From contig JBAYIT010000001.1 of the NCBI GenBank assembly GCA_041665485.1, positions 345,399-409,398 on the forward strand: a stretch of 64,000 bases of DNA. Reading direction: 5' to 3'. The DNA is from Candidatus Shapirobacteria bacterium (GTDB lineage Bacteria > Patescibacteriota > Microgenomatia > UBA12405). Position 1 is the first letter of the stretch; every line of letters starts with the position of its first letter. Shown in pieces: positions 28,218-37,782 of the stretch. Below the pieces are notes generated by a model. The model worked only from the letters and a program-made list of their open reading frames with translations. It was not told the origin of the DNA and searched no databases. Both the position numbers and the translations under genes were made by a program.

Positions 28218-29087
28218 TTAAAGAACAGTATAAACGACATCATTAATAGTATTGGCGCCGGAGAGGAGCATGGCAAGCCGGTCGAAACCGAGGCCGACGC
28301 CGGCGATAGGAGTGGGTAGGCTTGCTGAATTGATGGCGAAATTGGGATTAGTGCGGTGGATGGGGAGATTGTTTTGAAGGCGAAAATTGGTTTCGGTGGC
28401 AAAATTTTCTTCGATTAGTTTGGGGTCGGTGTTTTCAGTACAGCCGTTGGCAATTTCCATGCCATTAATATAGAGTTCAAAACGTTCTGCCAGATTATTT
28501 TTTGGTTTGGCTAATGGTGACATGAAGGCAGGGTAGTCAGTAATAAAAATAGGAGTGAGGGGGAGTTTTGGCTCGATATGGTTTAGAAAAATTTGATTGA
28601 GATCCGGCTCGTTTTTGGGGAGAGAAAAGCCCTTGTTGGCAAAAAGTTTAGCGAGGGGAATTCGGGGCCAAGGAGCATTGGGTATCTTTAGTGTTCGAAT
28701 ACTCTTTATTTTATTAAAGCAGTGGGTAATATAGTTTTGGGTAGAAGTCATTAAGTCAGTGTAATTGTGGCCGATTTCGTACCACTCGAGCATGGTAAAT
28801 TCGGGTTGATGAAGAGGGCCACTGGCTTCAAGGTCGCGAAAAGACTTAGAAATGGCAAAACAATTTTGTTTTTGAGTGGCTAAAATCTTCTTTAGGGTAG
28901 ATTCAGGAGAAGTAGCTAAATATAACTTTTGCTTATTGTGTTGCCAAATGGTGGAAAATGAGTAAATATCTGGTTCGATTGGGAGAGAGGGTAGAAGGAT
29001 GGGCGGGTCGACTTCAATAAAACCGTTAGCCCAAAAATATTCCCTGGTAAATTTTAATAATTGCTGACGAATCTCTTGAGGGGACAT
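28218..29087 (-). CDS. epmA: EF-P lysyltransferase EpmA/GenX (class II LysRS catalytic-domain paralogue)
   Basis: YLATSPE, FRD..HQPEFTMLEWY, AERFELYINGMEIANG, GVGLGFDRL; no anticodon domain. Confidence 0.85.
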   Translation of the reverse strand: MSPQEIRQQLLKFTREYFWANGFIEVDPPILLPSLPIEPDIYSFSTIWQHNKQKLYLATSPESTLKKILATQKQNCFAISKSFRDLEASGPLHQPEFTMLEWYEIGHNYTDLMTSTQNYITHCFNKIKSIRTLKIPNAPWPRIPLAKLFANKGFSLPKNEPDLNQIFLNHIEPKLPLTPIFITDYPAFMSPLAKPKNNLAERFELYINGMEIANGCTENTDPKLIEENFATETNFRLQNNLPIHRTNPNFAINSASLPTPIAGVGLGFDRLAMLLSGANTINDVVYTVL

Positions 29088-29118
29088 TGAAAAAAATTTT
29101 AAATTTTAAATTTTAAAA

Positions 29119-30069
29119 TCAAGAAAAGTATTTTATAACATCTTGGCAGGAGGGTAGGTGGAGGTCTTGAGAATAACCACAATTATATTTTGGATCACAA
29201 CAACCGGAACAGGAAATTTTTAATTTCTCCGTCTGAGACGGACTTCGCTTCGCTTCGCAATTTTCAATTTTCAATGAATGTTCAAATTTATTAATTTCAA
29301 AATTATTAAATAGTTTGCAGTTTTGACAAGTGGAAAGTAAATTTGAAAAATCAGTAACTATTTTTTTAATTGGATCGGAGAGTTTGCCGATAGAAATAGG
29401 GGATTCGCAACAACTATAAATTAGGCCGTTTGACTGAAGAGAGATTTGGGAGCAGCCTAAATTTTTTCCTGGAAAAGTGGGGTAATTTTGTTTAATGTTG
29501 ATAACTTGGGCGGGAGTGAGAGAGCCTAAACGGTCGGTGAGATAGGTAACGGTAACTGGTAATCGGTAATCGGTAATCAGTGATCTGGGAAAAGAGTCCT
29601 TATACTTATATGAATCTTTAGTAATTAGAAAAAAGATACCAACGGGGAAGCCGAGGGAAAGGGCGTGGTTGATAAAGTCGATAGATTTGGCAAAATTGCC
29701 CCCCCCGCGATTTTTGTCGTGAATTTCCTTGGGGCCATCAAGAGAGACCAGAAGCTGGCAGTTTTGAGGATCATTGATTTTATCGAGTTGGTCGATAGTG
29801 CCATTAGTAATAATGGTGATAAATATGCCAAGTTTGAGGAGATTATTGACGAGGCAGGGAAAGCTTTTAAGAGTGAAGACTTCACCACCGCAAAAAGTAA
29901 TAGATCCTAGATTTTGGTTTTTAGATGTTAGATAGGAACGATATCTTTTAACAAAACCTAGAATTTGCTTGTTGGTGAGGATATTTTTAGTCTTGCGGGT
30001 GTAGCAGTATTTGCAGGCAAGGTTACAGGATTCGAGAGGAGAGATATAAAGACTAGTTAGCATGGCCAA
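29119..30069 (-). CDS. Radical SAM protein with C-terminal SPASM/twitch-like Cys cluster
   Basis: CNLACKYC, GGE, TNG, SLDG..HD..RG, C-terminal Cys motifs. Confidence 0.9.
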   Translation of the reverse strand: MAMLTSLYISPLESCNLACKYCYTRKTKNILTNKQILGFVKRYRSYLTSKNQNLGSITFCGGEVFTLKSFPCLVNNLLKLGIFITIITNGTIDQLDKINDPQNCQLLVSLDGPKEIHDKNRGGGNFAKSIDFINHALSLGFPVGIFFLITKDSYKYKDSFPRSLITDYRLPVTVTYLTDRLGSLTPAQVINIKQNYPTFPGKNLGCSQISLQSNGLIYSCCESPISIGKLSDPIKKIVTDFSNLLSTCQNCKLFNNFEINKFEHSLKIENCEAKRSPSQTEKLKISCSGCCDPKYNCGYSQDLHLPSCQDVIKYFS

Positions 30070-30070
30070 C

Positions 30071-30259
30071 TTATTTCAATTTAGTCGATTCTTTGTGCTC
30101 GGTACGCTTTTTACACCAATTGCAGTATTTCATGAATTTGAGCTTGTCGGGAGTGTTGGTCTTGTTCTTTTGGGTGAGATAATTTTGAGCGCCACAAACA
30201 GAACATAAGAGAGCTAGTAAAATTCGTGGTGTTTTTTTTGATTTTTCGCCTTTGGCCAT
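30071..30259 (-). CDS. rpmG: 50S ribosomal protein L33
   Basis: CSVCG.QNYLT.KNK.NTPDKL...KYC..C.KRT.HKE. Confidence 0.95.
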   Translation of the reverse strand: MAKGEKSKKTPRILLALLCSVCGAQNYLTQKNKTNTPDKLKFMKYCNWCKKRTEHKESTKLK

Positions 30260-30296
30260 GAGGGTATTGTACTACAAAATTTTAAATTTGAAATTT

Positions 30297-31154
30297 TTAA
30301 TTTTTAAATTCTAAGGTTTCGATGATTTTGTTGTCGAAAAGGGTTTTGGCCAGGGTGTCGGAGAAGAATTGGGCGCCGAGTTCGGAGGGGTGGAGGTTGT
30401 CGGCCTTGGAGATAAGTTCGGGAAGGCCTTCGTCGTTTTTGAGGCTATTGGTGAAGGCATTGGCTAGGGGGAATTTTTGTGATTGAGCAAAATTAATGAT
30501 GTTTTGAAGATAGGCCCTGATGGTTTTGGTCTTTTCTATTTTTTCGAGATTGGTGAGATGAATATCTTTAATGCCAGAAGCAAAATTAAGAGAATTAGGG
30601 GCAATGGTGGCAGTGAGAACGATTTTGGTGGCAGGTAATTCTTTTTGGATGGTAGAGGTAATATTGCTTAGAGCTTGCCATTGACGATCAAAACCGGATT
30701 GAGTATTACCAAAATTGTTGTAGGCAAATGATTCAACGACGATGATATCTGGGTTGAGAGAGAGGAGGGAAGGATAATCCTGATCTTTATATTGATAATT
30801 ATTTTTGAGCCGGTGGAGAGCGTATTCGATATTAGAGGCGCCGACGCCATAGTTAATAATCTTGAATTTTTTATTGGGGAAATATTGTTCGAGGGCGGTT
30901 TCTAAGCTGGAGATGTCTGGCCCAAGGGTATCGATCATGGAGTCGCCCAAAACGGCAATGGTGATAATCTGCTGGTTTTCTTGAATACCGCCAATGCCAT
31001 GAATTACGGAGTTAGGTCGTCGATCATCGATCGTCGTTTGGATGCCCAAGACCTGAGGTGTTTCAATGTTTTGAACTAGAGCGATTGGGGTGGGCATGGG
31101 TAGAGAATAGTGAGGTTGATAAGCCTCGATAAGTTGATAGAAGAGAGGAATCAT
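30297..31154 (-). CDS. SGNH/GDSL hydrolase family protein
   Basis: LGDS, NYGVGA, DNLHP. Confidence 0.85.
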   Translation of the reverse strand: MIPLFYQLIEAYQPHYSLPMPTPIALVQNIETPQVLGIQTTIDDRRPNSVIHGIGGIQENQQIITIAVLGDSMIDTLGPDISSLETALEQYFPNKKFKIINYGVGASNIEYALHRLKNNYQYKDQDYPSLLSLNPDIIVVESFAYNNFGNTQSGFDRQWQALSNITSTIQKELPATKIVLTATIAPNSLNFASGIKDIHLTNLEKIEKTKTIRAYLQNIINFAQSQKFPLANAFTNSLKNDEGLPELISKADNLHPSELGAQFFSDTLAKTLFDNKIIETLEFKN

Positions 31155-31468
31155 GAAAGTGAGTAGTTAACCAATGTTTGTTTATAGCGCTTGATTTGTT
31201 TCTCGATTTGTTGGCTTAGATCGATGAGAGCGCTTTCGAGATTAATGTGGGAAGTAGAGGCAAAAAGGCTTTCTTTGCCGGGAAGATTCATGTCAAAGTT
31301 GACGGTAAAATGGCCGATTTTGTCTTTAGTGATTTTCATGGAGGCGATTTTTAAATCAGGGGCAAAATCAGTCAAAAGTTTTTCTAATTTGAGATTAATT
31401 TTGTTGTCGATTAGCTTTTTAACTTTGGAGGAAAGAGAAATGTTATCGCCGAGGATTTGAATGTTCAT
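31151..31468 (-). CDS. hpf: Ribosome hibernation factor HPF/RaiA-like
   Basis: MNIQILGDNISLS...KL.K...NLPG...A......A.ID..EKQIKRYK. Confidence 0.8.
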   Translation of the reverse strand: MNIQILGDNISLSSKVKKLIDNKINLKLEKLLTDFAPDLKIASMKITKDKIGHFTVNFDMNLPGKESLFASTSHINLESALIDLSQQIEKQIKRYKQTLVNYSLS

Positions 31469-31477
31469 GCTTTTTTA

Positions 31478-31572
31478 TTGCTCAATAACTGATTTTTGCA
31501 ATCCTCGCTACCTTCGGGGTCCGCTGTATGCTGGACCGTTCGCTGCGGGTTGAAAAATCGTTATTTCGCAAT
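31478..31572. repeat. Intergenic palindromic element, family A, copy 2
   Basis: ttgctcaataactgatttttgcaatcctcgctaccttcggg...ttcgctgcgggttgaaaaatcgttatttcgcaa. Confidence 0.8.
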
Positions 31573-31615
31573 CAATAAAAATATAACCTCTCAATTCAAA
31601 TATAGCACGCGGGGG

Positions 31616-33070
31616 TTAGGTAAAGAGAGAGAGGGAGGCAAGAAGGGTAGAGATACCGAGAGTGTGCGATAGATAAGAAATAAGAAAAAACTGGCGATTT
31701 TTGATGGCCGAGAGGCCCATGAGGCTAATACCTAATTCATCGGGGAGGGGAGAGGCGATAATAATGGCGCCGACAAGGGAGAGTGTCCAACCAAAAAATT
31801 TCGTATGGAGAATTTTTCGGATATGTTGGTGGTGAGGAAAAAGTTTGTAAATGGGGCTGACGTGAGCTTCAGCCTTATGACGGACGAGCTTGAAGATGAG
31901 AAGATCGGTGGTGACAGCACCAAGGGCGCCAACAATGATGAGAATGAGAGGGTTGAGGGTGGGGGCAATGTTGGCAATGAGTAGAGCACCAATGGTGACA
32001 GTAAAGGTGGAGGCGAAAAGGCTTCCGGCGAGAAAGGCAGAAAGATAACCAAGTCTACCAAGATGGGGAGTTAGATTGGCAAAAATAGAACTTTTGAATA
32101 AGACAAAAGTGATGGCTAAGCCAATAAAGAGAGCGATTAGGTTTTTGTGTTTGTGTTGGTGGTGGGGAGCAATTCTGGGCCAACGGTGAAGAAATTGAAG
32201 AGGAATAAGGAGAAGATTATTGCTGATGGTGTAGGCAATTGAGGGAAGGGCAACTAAGGGAGAAAAGACAGTTAGGGCAAGAATGGTGCCCATAGTGTAG
32301 TTTTTGTAACCTGAGGTTAGGCCGTAAGTAATTTTTTCGGGAAAAGAATTCTTGAGGGTTGTGCCAAGAAAAAAATTAATAACAGTGAGAATGGAAATAA
32401 AAACAGTTAACCCAAGAGTTAGAGTGAGGTTTTCAGAAATAACAGTTTTGATGGGGGAAAGAATACCCAAAATAATGAGGAAAAGAATTAGGGTGGAGAG
32501 AGATGAGGTGTAAGAGGAAAGTTTTTGGCCGGGGCGCGTTTTGCCAAATAAATAGCCTAAAATGAGTGGTATTAGAACCATGAAAAAAATGGTTTGTGAC
32601 ATGCTGGCCAAGGGCAAACTAACAACTTGATGAGCAAAAAGATAGACAATGGCCGGGACCAAAATTGGAGAAAGGAGGTTGCTAGTGGTGGAAGCAATTA
32701 GGGCCTTGATGGGAATACCACCATAAATAAGGCTTAAAAAGACAGAACTACGGCCGGCAGGGATGGAGGCAGCCAAAATCAGGCCAAGAAAAATTGGTGG
32801 AGAAAAGAGGTCTCTTAAGAGAAAAATAATTAAAGGAGAAACGAGGTGGACGATGGTTATGACTAAGGCAAGAGATTTGAGGTCGGAAAAGCCATCAATG
32901 ATTTGTTTGATTTGGAGGTCAAGGCAACTTAAAAACATCATGACAGCCAGAAGATAGTTGAGGTAGGGCTTGATTTCTTGGCCAAGAACAGGAAAAATAA
33001 GGCTAACGGTGATTGCTAGAAGAATAATCGCCCAGGTATTTTTCTTAATTAGTTGATTAAGATCGTTCAC
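31616..33070 (-). CDS. Bile acid:sodium symporter (BASS)-like transporter fused to an extra C-terminal membrane domain
   Basis: Many TM helices; GLILAASIPAG, GYKN; C-terminal domain with SPLPDELG. Confidence 0.75.
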   Translation of the reverse strand: MNDLNQLIKKNTWAIILLAITVSLIFPVLGQEIKPYLNYLLAVMMFLSCLDLQIKQIIDGFSDLKSLALVITIVHLVSPLIIFLLRDLFSPPIFLGLILAASIPAGRSSVFLSLIYGGIPIKALIASTTSNLLSPILVPAIVYLFAHQVVSLPLASMSQTIFFMVLIPLILGYLFGKTRPGQKLSSYTSSLSTLILFLIILGILSPIKTVISENLTLTLGLTVFISILTVINFFLGTTLKNSFPEKITYGLTSGYKNYTMGTILALTVFSPLVALPSIAYTISNNLLLIPLQFLHRWPRIAPHHQHKHKNLIALFIGLAITFVLFKSSIFANLTPHLGRLGYLSAFLAGSLFASTFTVTIGALLIANIAPTLNPLILIIVGALGAVTTDLLIFKLVRHKAEAHVSPIYKLFPHHQHIRKILHTKFFGWTLSLVGAIIIASPLPDELGISLMGLSAIKNRQFFLISYLSHTLGISTLLASLSLFT

Positions 33071-33088
33071 ATAAAGATGGTAGCAGAT

Positions 33089-33173
33089 TGGCGGAGGGTA
33101 CAGGGGTCGAACCTGTTAGTCCTTACGGACACCAGTTTTCAAAACTGGCGCATTACCGTCCTGCCCACCCTCC
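33089..33173 (-). tRNA. tRNA-Ser(TGA)
   Basis: Reverse complement ggagggtggg...ccagt-ttTGAaa-actgg, long variable arm, TTCGA, CCA. Confidence 0.93.
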
Positions 33174-33215
33174 TACACCCAGGTTTCGGAGGGCAATGCC
33201 CTCCAAGATGAAAAG

Positions 33216-33288
33216 AGCCTGGAAAGGAACTCGGATCCTTGACCTTCCCCTTACCAAGGGGATGCTCTACCAACTGAGCTATCCAGGC
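33216..33288 (-). tRNA. tRNA-Thr(GGT)
   Basis: Reverse complement gcctggatagctcagttggtagagca tcccc-ttGGTaa-gggga; T-loop TCCGAGT. Confidence 0.9.
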
Positions 33289-33353
33289 ATGTCAAAGGCT
33301 ATTTTAGCAGATTTAAACATACTACACTTGTAGTTGAAGTGGTAGAATAAGGA

Positions 33354-34076
33354 GTGTTGAAAATAGGAAATTTGGAAGTCAAAATTGAAGGGAAGAAGGT
33401 ATTGGCCGGTCTTAATTTGGAAATCAAAGATGGAGAGGTGGTGGCGGTGATGGGGCCAAATGGGAGTGGTAAGTCAACTTTAGCCTATACTTTGGCAGGA
33501 AAATACCCAAATACAGGTAAAATTTTATGGAACAAAAATGATATTAGTGATTTGAAGCCGGAAGAAAGAGCCCATCTTGGCATTTTTTTGGCCAATCAAT
33601 CCCCGGTGGCGATTCCCGGGTTGTCGGTGAATAGATTCTTGTGGAATTTATATAAAGTCCGAAAAGTAGAAAGCCCAAAAAGTTTGGGGGTGATGGAGTT
33701 TAGAAAGTGGATCGAGAAGAAGGTGGAGAATCTAGGGATAGGTGGGGAATTGTTAAAGCGGGGACTGAATGATGGTTTTTCGGGCGGGGAAAGAAAGAAG
33801 ATGGAAATTTTGCAAATGCTAGTACTGGAGCCAAAGTTGGTAATTTTGGATGAAATTGATTCGGGGCTTGATGTTGATGCCCTAAAAAGAGTGACTCAAG
33901 TAGTTGTAGACGAGGTAAAAAATAGAAAAATGGCAGTGTTGGTAATTACTCATTACAGCCGGATTTTGAAGTATTTGAAACCAGATAGAGTGGCAATTTT
34001 GAAAGCAGGAAAAATTGAAAGAACGGGAGGATGGGAACTAACGGAAGAAATTGAAAGAGATGGCTATGAAAAATAA
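33354..34076 (+). CDS. sufC: Fe-S cluster assembly ATPase SufC
   Basis: [36 protein letters not shown]. Confidence 0.95.
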   Translation: MLKIGNLEVKIEGKKVLAGLNLEIKDGEVVAVMGPNGSGKSTLAYTLAGKYPNTGKILWNKNDISDLKPEERAHLGIFLANQSPVAIPGLSVNRFLWNLYKVRKVESPKSLGVMEFRKWIEKKVENLGIGGELLKRGLNDGFSGGERKKMEILQMLVLEPKLVILDEIDSGLDVDALKRVTQVVVDEVKNRKMAVLVITHYSRILKYLKPDRVAILKAGKIERTGGWELTEEIERDGYEK

Positions 34077-35418
34077 AGCTTATGTTTTTAGGGCCAAAAA
34101 GGGTTTGGATCAAGGGGTGGTGGAGCAGATATCGGCCAAGAAACAAGAACCGGAATGGATGAGAGATTTTCGGCTGAGGGCATATAAAATCTTTTTGGAA
34201 AAGCCGATGCCAACTTGGGGGGCAGATTTAAGTGGAATTAATTTTGAGGAAATATATTATTATCTTAAGCCAAACGAAAAGGTGGAGAGGAGTTGGGACG
34301 ATTTACCAAAAGAAATAAGGGATACCTATGACAAAATCGGAATTCCCGAGGCGGAGAAAAAATATTTGGGGGGAGTAAAGGCACAATATGAGTCAGAGGT
34401 GGTATATGGCAGTTTGAAAAAAAGTTTGGAGAAGAAAGGAATTATATTTTGTGGGATGGATGAAGCGCTTTTAAAATATCCGGAAATGGTGAAGAGATAT
34501 TTTGGGACAATAATACCGTCTGGCGACAACAAATTTGCGGCTCTAAATTCGGCAGTTTGGTCGGGCGGATCGTTTATCTATGTGCCAAAGAATATTAAAG
34601 TAGGGCTACCGCTTCAAGCGTATTTTCGGATAAATTCGGCCAATATGGGCCAATTTGAGAGAACACTAATAATCGTGGATGAAAGGGCAGAGGTGCATTA
34701 TGTGGAGGGGTGTTCGGCGCCAATTTATTCTGATGATAGTTTACATGCGGCAGTGGTGGAGGTAGTAGTTAAGAAGGGCGGTAAGTGTCGCTATACTACT
34801 ATTCAAAACTGGTCGACCAATGTTTACAATCTGGTGACCAAAAGAGCTTGGGTGGAAGAAAACGGACTAATGGAGTGGGTGGATGGCAACTTGGGAAGTA
34901 AGGTGACAATGAAATATCCAGCTGTGGTGCTGGCGGGCGAAGGGGCGCGGGGAGAAATTTTATCGATGGCAGTGGCAGGGAAAGGGCAAAATCTTGATAA
35001 TGGAGGAAAATGTATTCATCTGAAGCCAAACACAACTAGTCGGATTACGGCCAAATCGATAAGTATGAAGGGGGGGAGAAGTAGTTATCGGGGGCTAATC
35101 CAAATTAGTCCGGGAGCGAAAAATGCCAGAAGTAAGGTGATGTGTGATGCTTTGATTTTGGATGGAAAATCTCGAAGTGACACCTATCCGACCAATAAAG
35201 TATTGGAAAGTGAGGCGATTGTGGAACATGAGGCAACGGTGAGTAAAATCGGTGAAGAGCAATTATTTTATTTGCGGTCGAGAGGATTTTCCCCTAAAGA
35301 AGCGGAGACGATGATTGTTAATGGTTTTATGGAGCCGATAGTTAAAGAATTACCAATGGAATACGCAGTGGAATTAAACCGACTTATAGGGTTACAAATG
35401 GAGGGAAGTTTGGGATGA
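34066..35418 (+). CDS. sufB: Fe-S cluster assembly protein SufB
   Basis: [43 protein letters not shown]. Confidence 0.97.
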   Translation: MKNKAYVFRAKKGLDQGVVEQISAKKQEPEWMRDFRLRAYKIFLEKPMPTWGADLSGINFEEIYYYLKPNEKVERSWDDLPKEIRDTYDKIGIPEAEKKYLGGVKAQYESEVVYGSLKKSLEKKGIIFCGMDEALLKYPEMVKRYFGTIIPSGDNKFAALNSAVWSGGSFIYVPKNIKVGLPLQAYFRINSANMGQFERTLIIVDERAEVHYVEGCSAPIYSDDSLHAAVVEVVVKKGGKCRYTTIQNWSTNVYNLVTKRAWVEENGLMEWVDGNLGSKVTMKYPAVVLAGEGARGEILSMAVAGKGQNLDNGGKCIHLKPNTTSRITAKSISMKGGRSSYRGLIQISPGAKNARSKVMCDALILDGKSRSDTYPTNKVLESEAIVEHEATVSKIGEEQLFYLRSRGFSPKEAETMIVNGFMEPIVKELPMEYAVELNRLIGLQMEGSLG

Positions 35419-35804
35419 GACAACAAGTTATAAAGTTGAAAGTCGGAAAGTTAGAAAGCAAAGGTGTTGCTAAGATTTGGCGGATAAATAAATCCAACAT
35501 AAAAAAAAGACTGGTGATGAGGGCGGTGGTGGAAGAAGGTGGATATTTGGAAATGAAAGGTAAAATAGTCATCGGCAAGAATATTGCCGATGTTGATGTT
35601 TTTTTAGAACAGAGGGTGTTGCTTATGGGGGTTGGAGCTAGAGCGGTGGTGATCCCGGAATTGGAGATTGAAAGTAATGAAGTAAAGGCCGGCCATGCGA
35701 CCAGTGTAGGGCAAATAGACCAGGAACAATTATTCTATTTAACTAGTAGGGGGTTAACTAGAGAATTAGCAGTTAAGTTGTTGATTGAAGCTTTCTTGGC
35801 GTAA
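35415..35804 (+). CDS. sufD: Short SufD-like protein (C-terminal part only)
   Basis: [31 protein letters not shown]. Confidence 0.9.
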   Translation: MRQQVIKLKVGKLESKGVAKIWRINKSNIKKRLVMRAVVEEGGYLEMKGKIVIGKNIADVDVFLEQRVLLMGVGARAVVIPELEIESNEVKAGHATSVGQIDQEQLFYLTSRGLTRELAVKLLIEAFLA

Positions 35805-35808
35805 AATT

Positions 35809-37023
35809 ATGGTGACAATGACCAATTTCCAAAATTACAAACATTTTTTTCCCATCTTTAAAAACAATCCAGATTTGGTGTACTTGGACAGCGGGGCGAC
35901 GACGTTGAAGCCCCAAATAGTGCTCGATAAAATGATGGAGTATTACACTAAATATAGCGCTAATATTCATCGGGGGATTTATGGAATATCAGAAATGGCA
36001 ACGGAGGAGTATGAGAAGTCGAGAGAAAAACTGCGGAAGTTTATTGGTGGACAGGATGGGCAGGTAATATTTACTGGTGGGACAACTGAAGCAATAAATT
36101 TGGTGGCCAGGGGGTGGGGAGATAAAAATTTAGTAGAAGGTGAGGAAATAGTGGTAACAGAAATGGAACACCATTCTAACTTAATTCCATGGCAAGAGTT
36201 GGTAAAGCGCAAAAATTTAAGACTTAAATTCATGACAGTTAACAATTACGAGTTACGAGTTACGAATTTTGGAAAAGTTATTGATAAAAAAACTAGACTA
36301 TTGGCGATAACGCAGGTGAGTAATGTGACCGGGTCAGTTAATCCAATTAAAAAAATAATTGAAGAGGCGAGAAAAATAAATCCGAAAATAGTGGTGGTGG
36401 TGGACGGAGCCCAGGCAGTGGCTCACAGGCCGGTTGACCTGCAGGACTTGGGGTGTGATTTTTATGCATTTTCAGGGCATAAAATGTATGGACCGACAGG
36501 AATTGGAGTGTTGTGGGCAAAAGAAGAAAGATATAAGGAGATGGAACCGATTAAATTTGGCGGGGGGATGATTGCTGAAGTGGGGCTTCTGGAAAGCACA
36601 TTTTCCAGTGGGGTGGAGAAATTTGAGGGGGGCACACCGCCGATTGCCGAAGCTATTGGGATGGGAGTGGCAGTCGATTTTATAGAAAAAATCGGAATGA
36701 CTAAAATCAAAAAACATGAGGAGGAATTAACGGCTTATTTAAGGTTTAAATTAGAAAAAGTTGCCGGTATTAAAACTTTTTCGGCGTGGCAAAGCGGAAT
36801 AGTGGCGATGGAGATCGCCGGAGTTCATCCACACGATGTGGCCCAAATTCTGGCTGACAGGGGAGTATGTGTGCGAGCAGGGCATCATTGCGCTATGCCA
36901 CTTCATAAAGCGCTGGGGGTAGAGGCAACGACACGGGTAAGTTTGGGGATTTATAATACCAAAGAAGATATAGATAAATTAGTTGAGGGACTGGAAGCAG
37001 TTAAGAAAATTTTTAATATCTAA
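35809..37023 (+). CDS. sufS: Cysteine desulfurase SufS
   Basis: YLDSGATT, EHHSN, DGAQ, FSGHKMYGP, RAGHHCA. Confidence 0.97.
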   Translation: MVTMTNFQNYKHFFPIFKNNPDLVYLDSGATTLKPQIVLDKMMEYYTKYSANIHRGIYGISEMATEEYEKSREKLRKFIGGQDGQVIFTGGTTEAINLVARGWGDKNLVEGEEIVVTEMEHHSNLIPWQELVKRKNLRLKFMTVNNYELRVTNFGKVIDKKTRLLAITQVSNVTGSVNPIKKIIEEARKINPKIVVVVDGAQAVAHRPVDLQDLGCDFYAFSGHKMYGPTGIGVLWAKEERYKEMEPIKFGGGMIAEVGLLESTFSSGVEKFEGGTPPIAEAIGMGVAVDFIEKIGMTKIKKHEEELTAYLRFKLEKVAGIKTFSAWQSGIVAMEIAGVHPHDVAQILADRGVCVRAGHHCAMPLHKALGVEATTRVSLGIYNTKEDIDKLVEGLEAVKKIFNI

Positions 37024-37038
37024 TTTCTAAATAAAAAT

Positions 37039-37392
37039 ATGGATGATATATATAGAGATTTAATTATTGATCGGTATCAAAATCCGAAGAACAGGGGAAA
37101 GATTAAAGGGATTGAGGCAAGTGAGGCTAATTTGCTCTGTGGCGATAAACTTTTGATTTCAGCGGAGATAAAAAACGGGGTGATTACTGAAATAAAATTT
37201 GACGGGGGTGGGTGCGCCATTTCGATGGCGGCAGTCGATTTGCTTTTGGATAAAATTAAAGGGAAAAAATTAAGTGAGATTAAAAAAATGAGTGGCAAAG
37301 AGGTTGAGGAAATGATGGGAGTAGAGCTCACTCCGGCACGCAAAAAATGCGCCTATTTAGGTTTGGAAGTTGTCAAAAAGCTGGGGGAGTAA
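37039..37392 (+). CDS. sufU: SufU/NifU-like scaffold protein
   Basis: NLLCGD, GCAIS.A, R.KCA.L. Confidence 0.92.
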   Translation: MDDIYRDLIIDRYQNPKNRGKIKGIEASEANLLCGDKLLISAEIKNGVITEIKFDGGGCAISMAAVDLLLDKIKGKKLSEIKKMSGKEVEEMMGVELTPARKKCAYLGLEVVKKLGE

Positions 37393-37404
37393 AAAATTCT
37401 TTTG

Positions 37405-37477
37405 AGCCTGAAGTCGGACTTGGACCGACGACCTAGCGTTTACAAAACGCTTGCTCTACCAACTGAGCTATTCAGGC
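37405..37477 (-). tRNA. tRNA-Thr(TGT)
   Basis: Reverse complement gcctgaatagctcagttggtagagca agcgt-ttTGTaa-acgct; T-loop TCCAAGT. Confidence 0.9.
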
Positions 37478-37491
37478 TAATTGTAAAATTG

Positions 37492-37614
37492 CGACGACCT
37501 GTCCGAAAGCCTTCGGACTGCTCTGTCTCCCCGATATTGTGATCGGGGTCGTCCCCTGGACGAAACTGTGGGGTTTAGCCCCACTCCGGTTCCATACCGG
37601 AGAGCTATTCAGGC
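37492..37614 (-). pseudogene. Degenerate tRNA-Thr(TGT) duplicate interrupted by hairpins
   Basis: Retains gcctgaatagctc, agagca and aggtcgtcg of the adjacent tRNA in order, separated by stem-loops. Confidence 0.6.
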
Positions 37615-37624
37615 AAGATTCCAA

Positions 37625-37726
37625 CGTCATTGTGAGGATCCCGATAGCTATCGGGAGACGAAGCAATCTCAATGAGATCGCCACGGCCTTTGGCCTTCCG
37701 TCTGAGCCGGACGCGGCGCGATGACG
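37625..37726. repeat. REP-like element, family B, copy 2 (inverted)
   Basis: cgtcattgtgag...gaagcaatctc...gagatcgccacggcctttggcct...cgcgatgacg. Confidence 0.85.
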
Positions 37727-37782
37727 TGGGTGTGAAACTGGCTAATTATAACAAGAGGAGGTGGGTAGAGTAGAATAGGAGA

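Noticed and set aside
29119-30069. Calling the radical SAM protein EpmB
   Set aside because: Lacks KamA-type features; motif layout is SPASM/twitch-like.
33088-33333. 81-aa + strand ORF
   Set aside because: Antisense shadow of tRNA-Ser and tRNA-Thr.
37472-37724. Short ORFs on both strands
   Set aside because: They are translations of the ghost tRNA and REP element.
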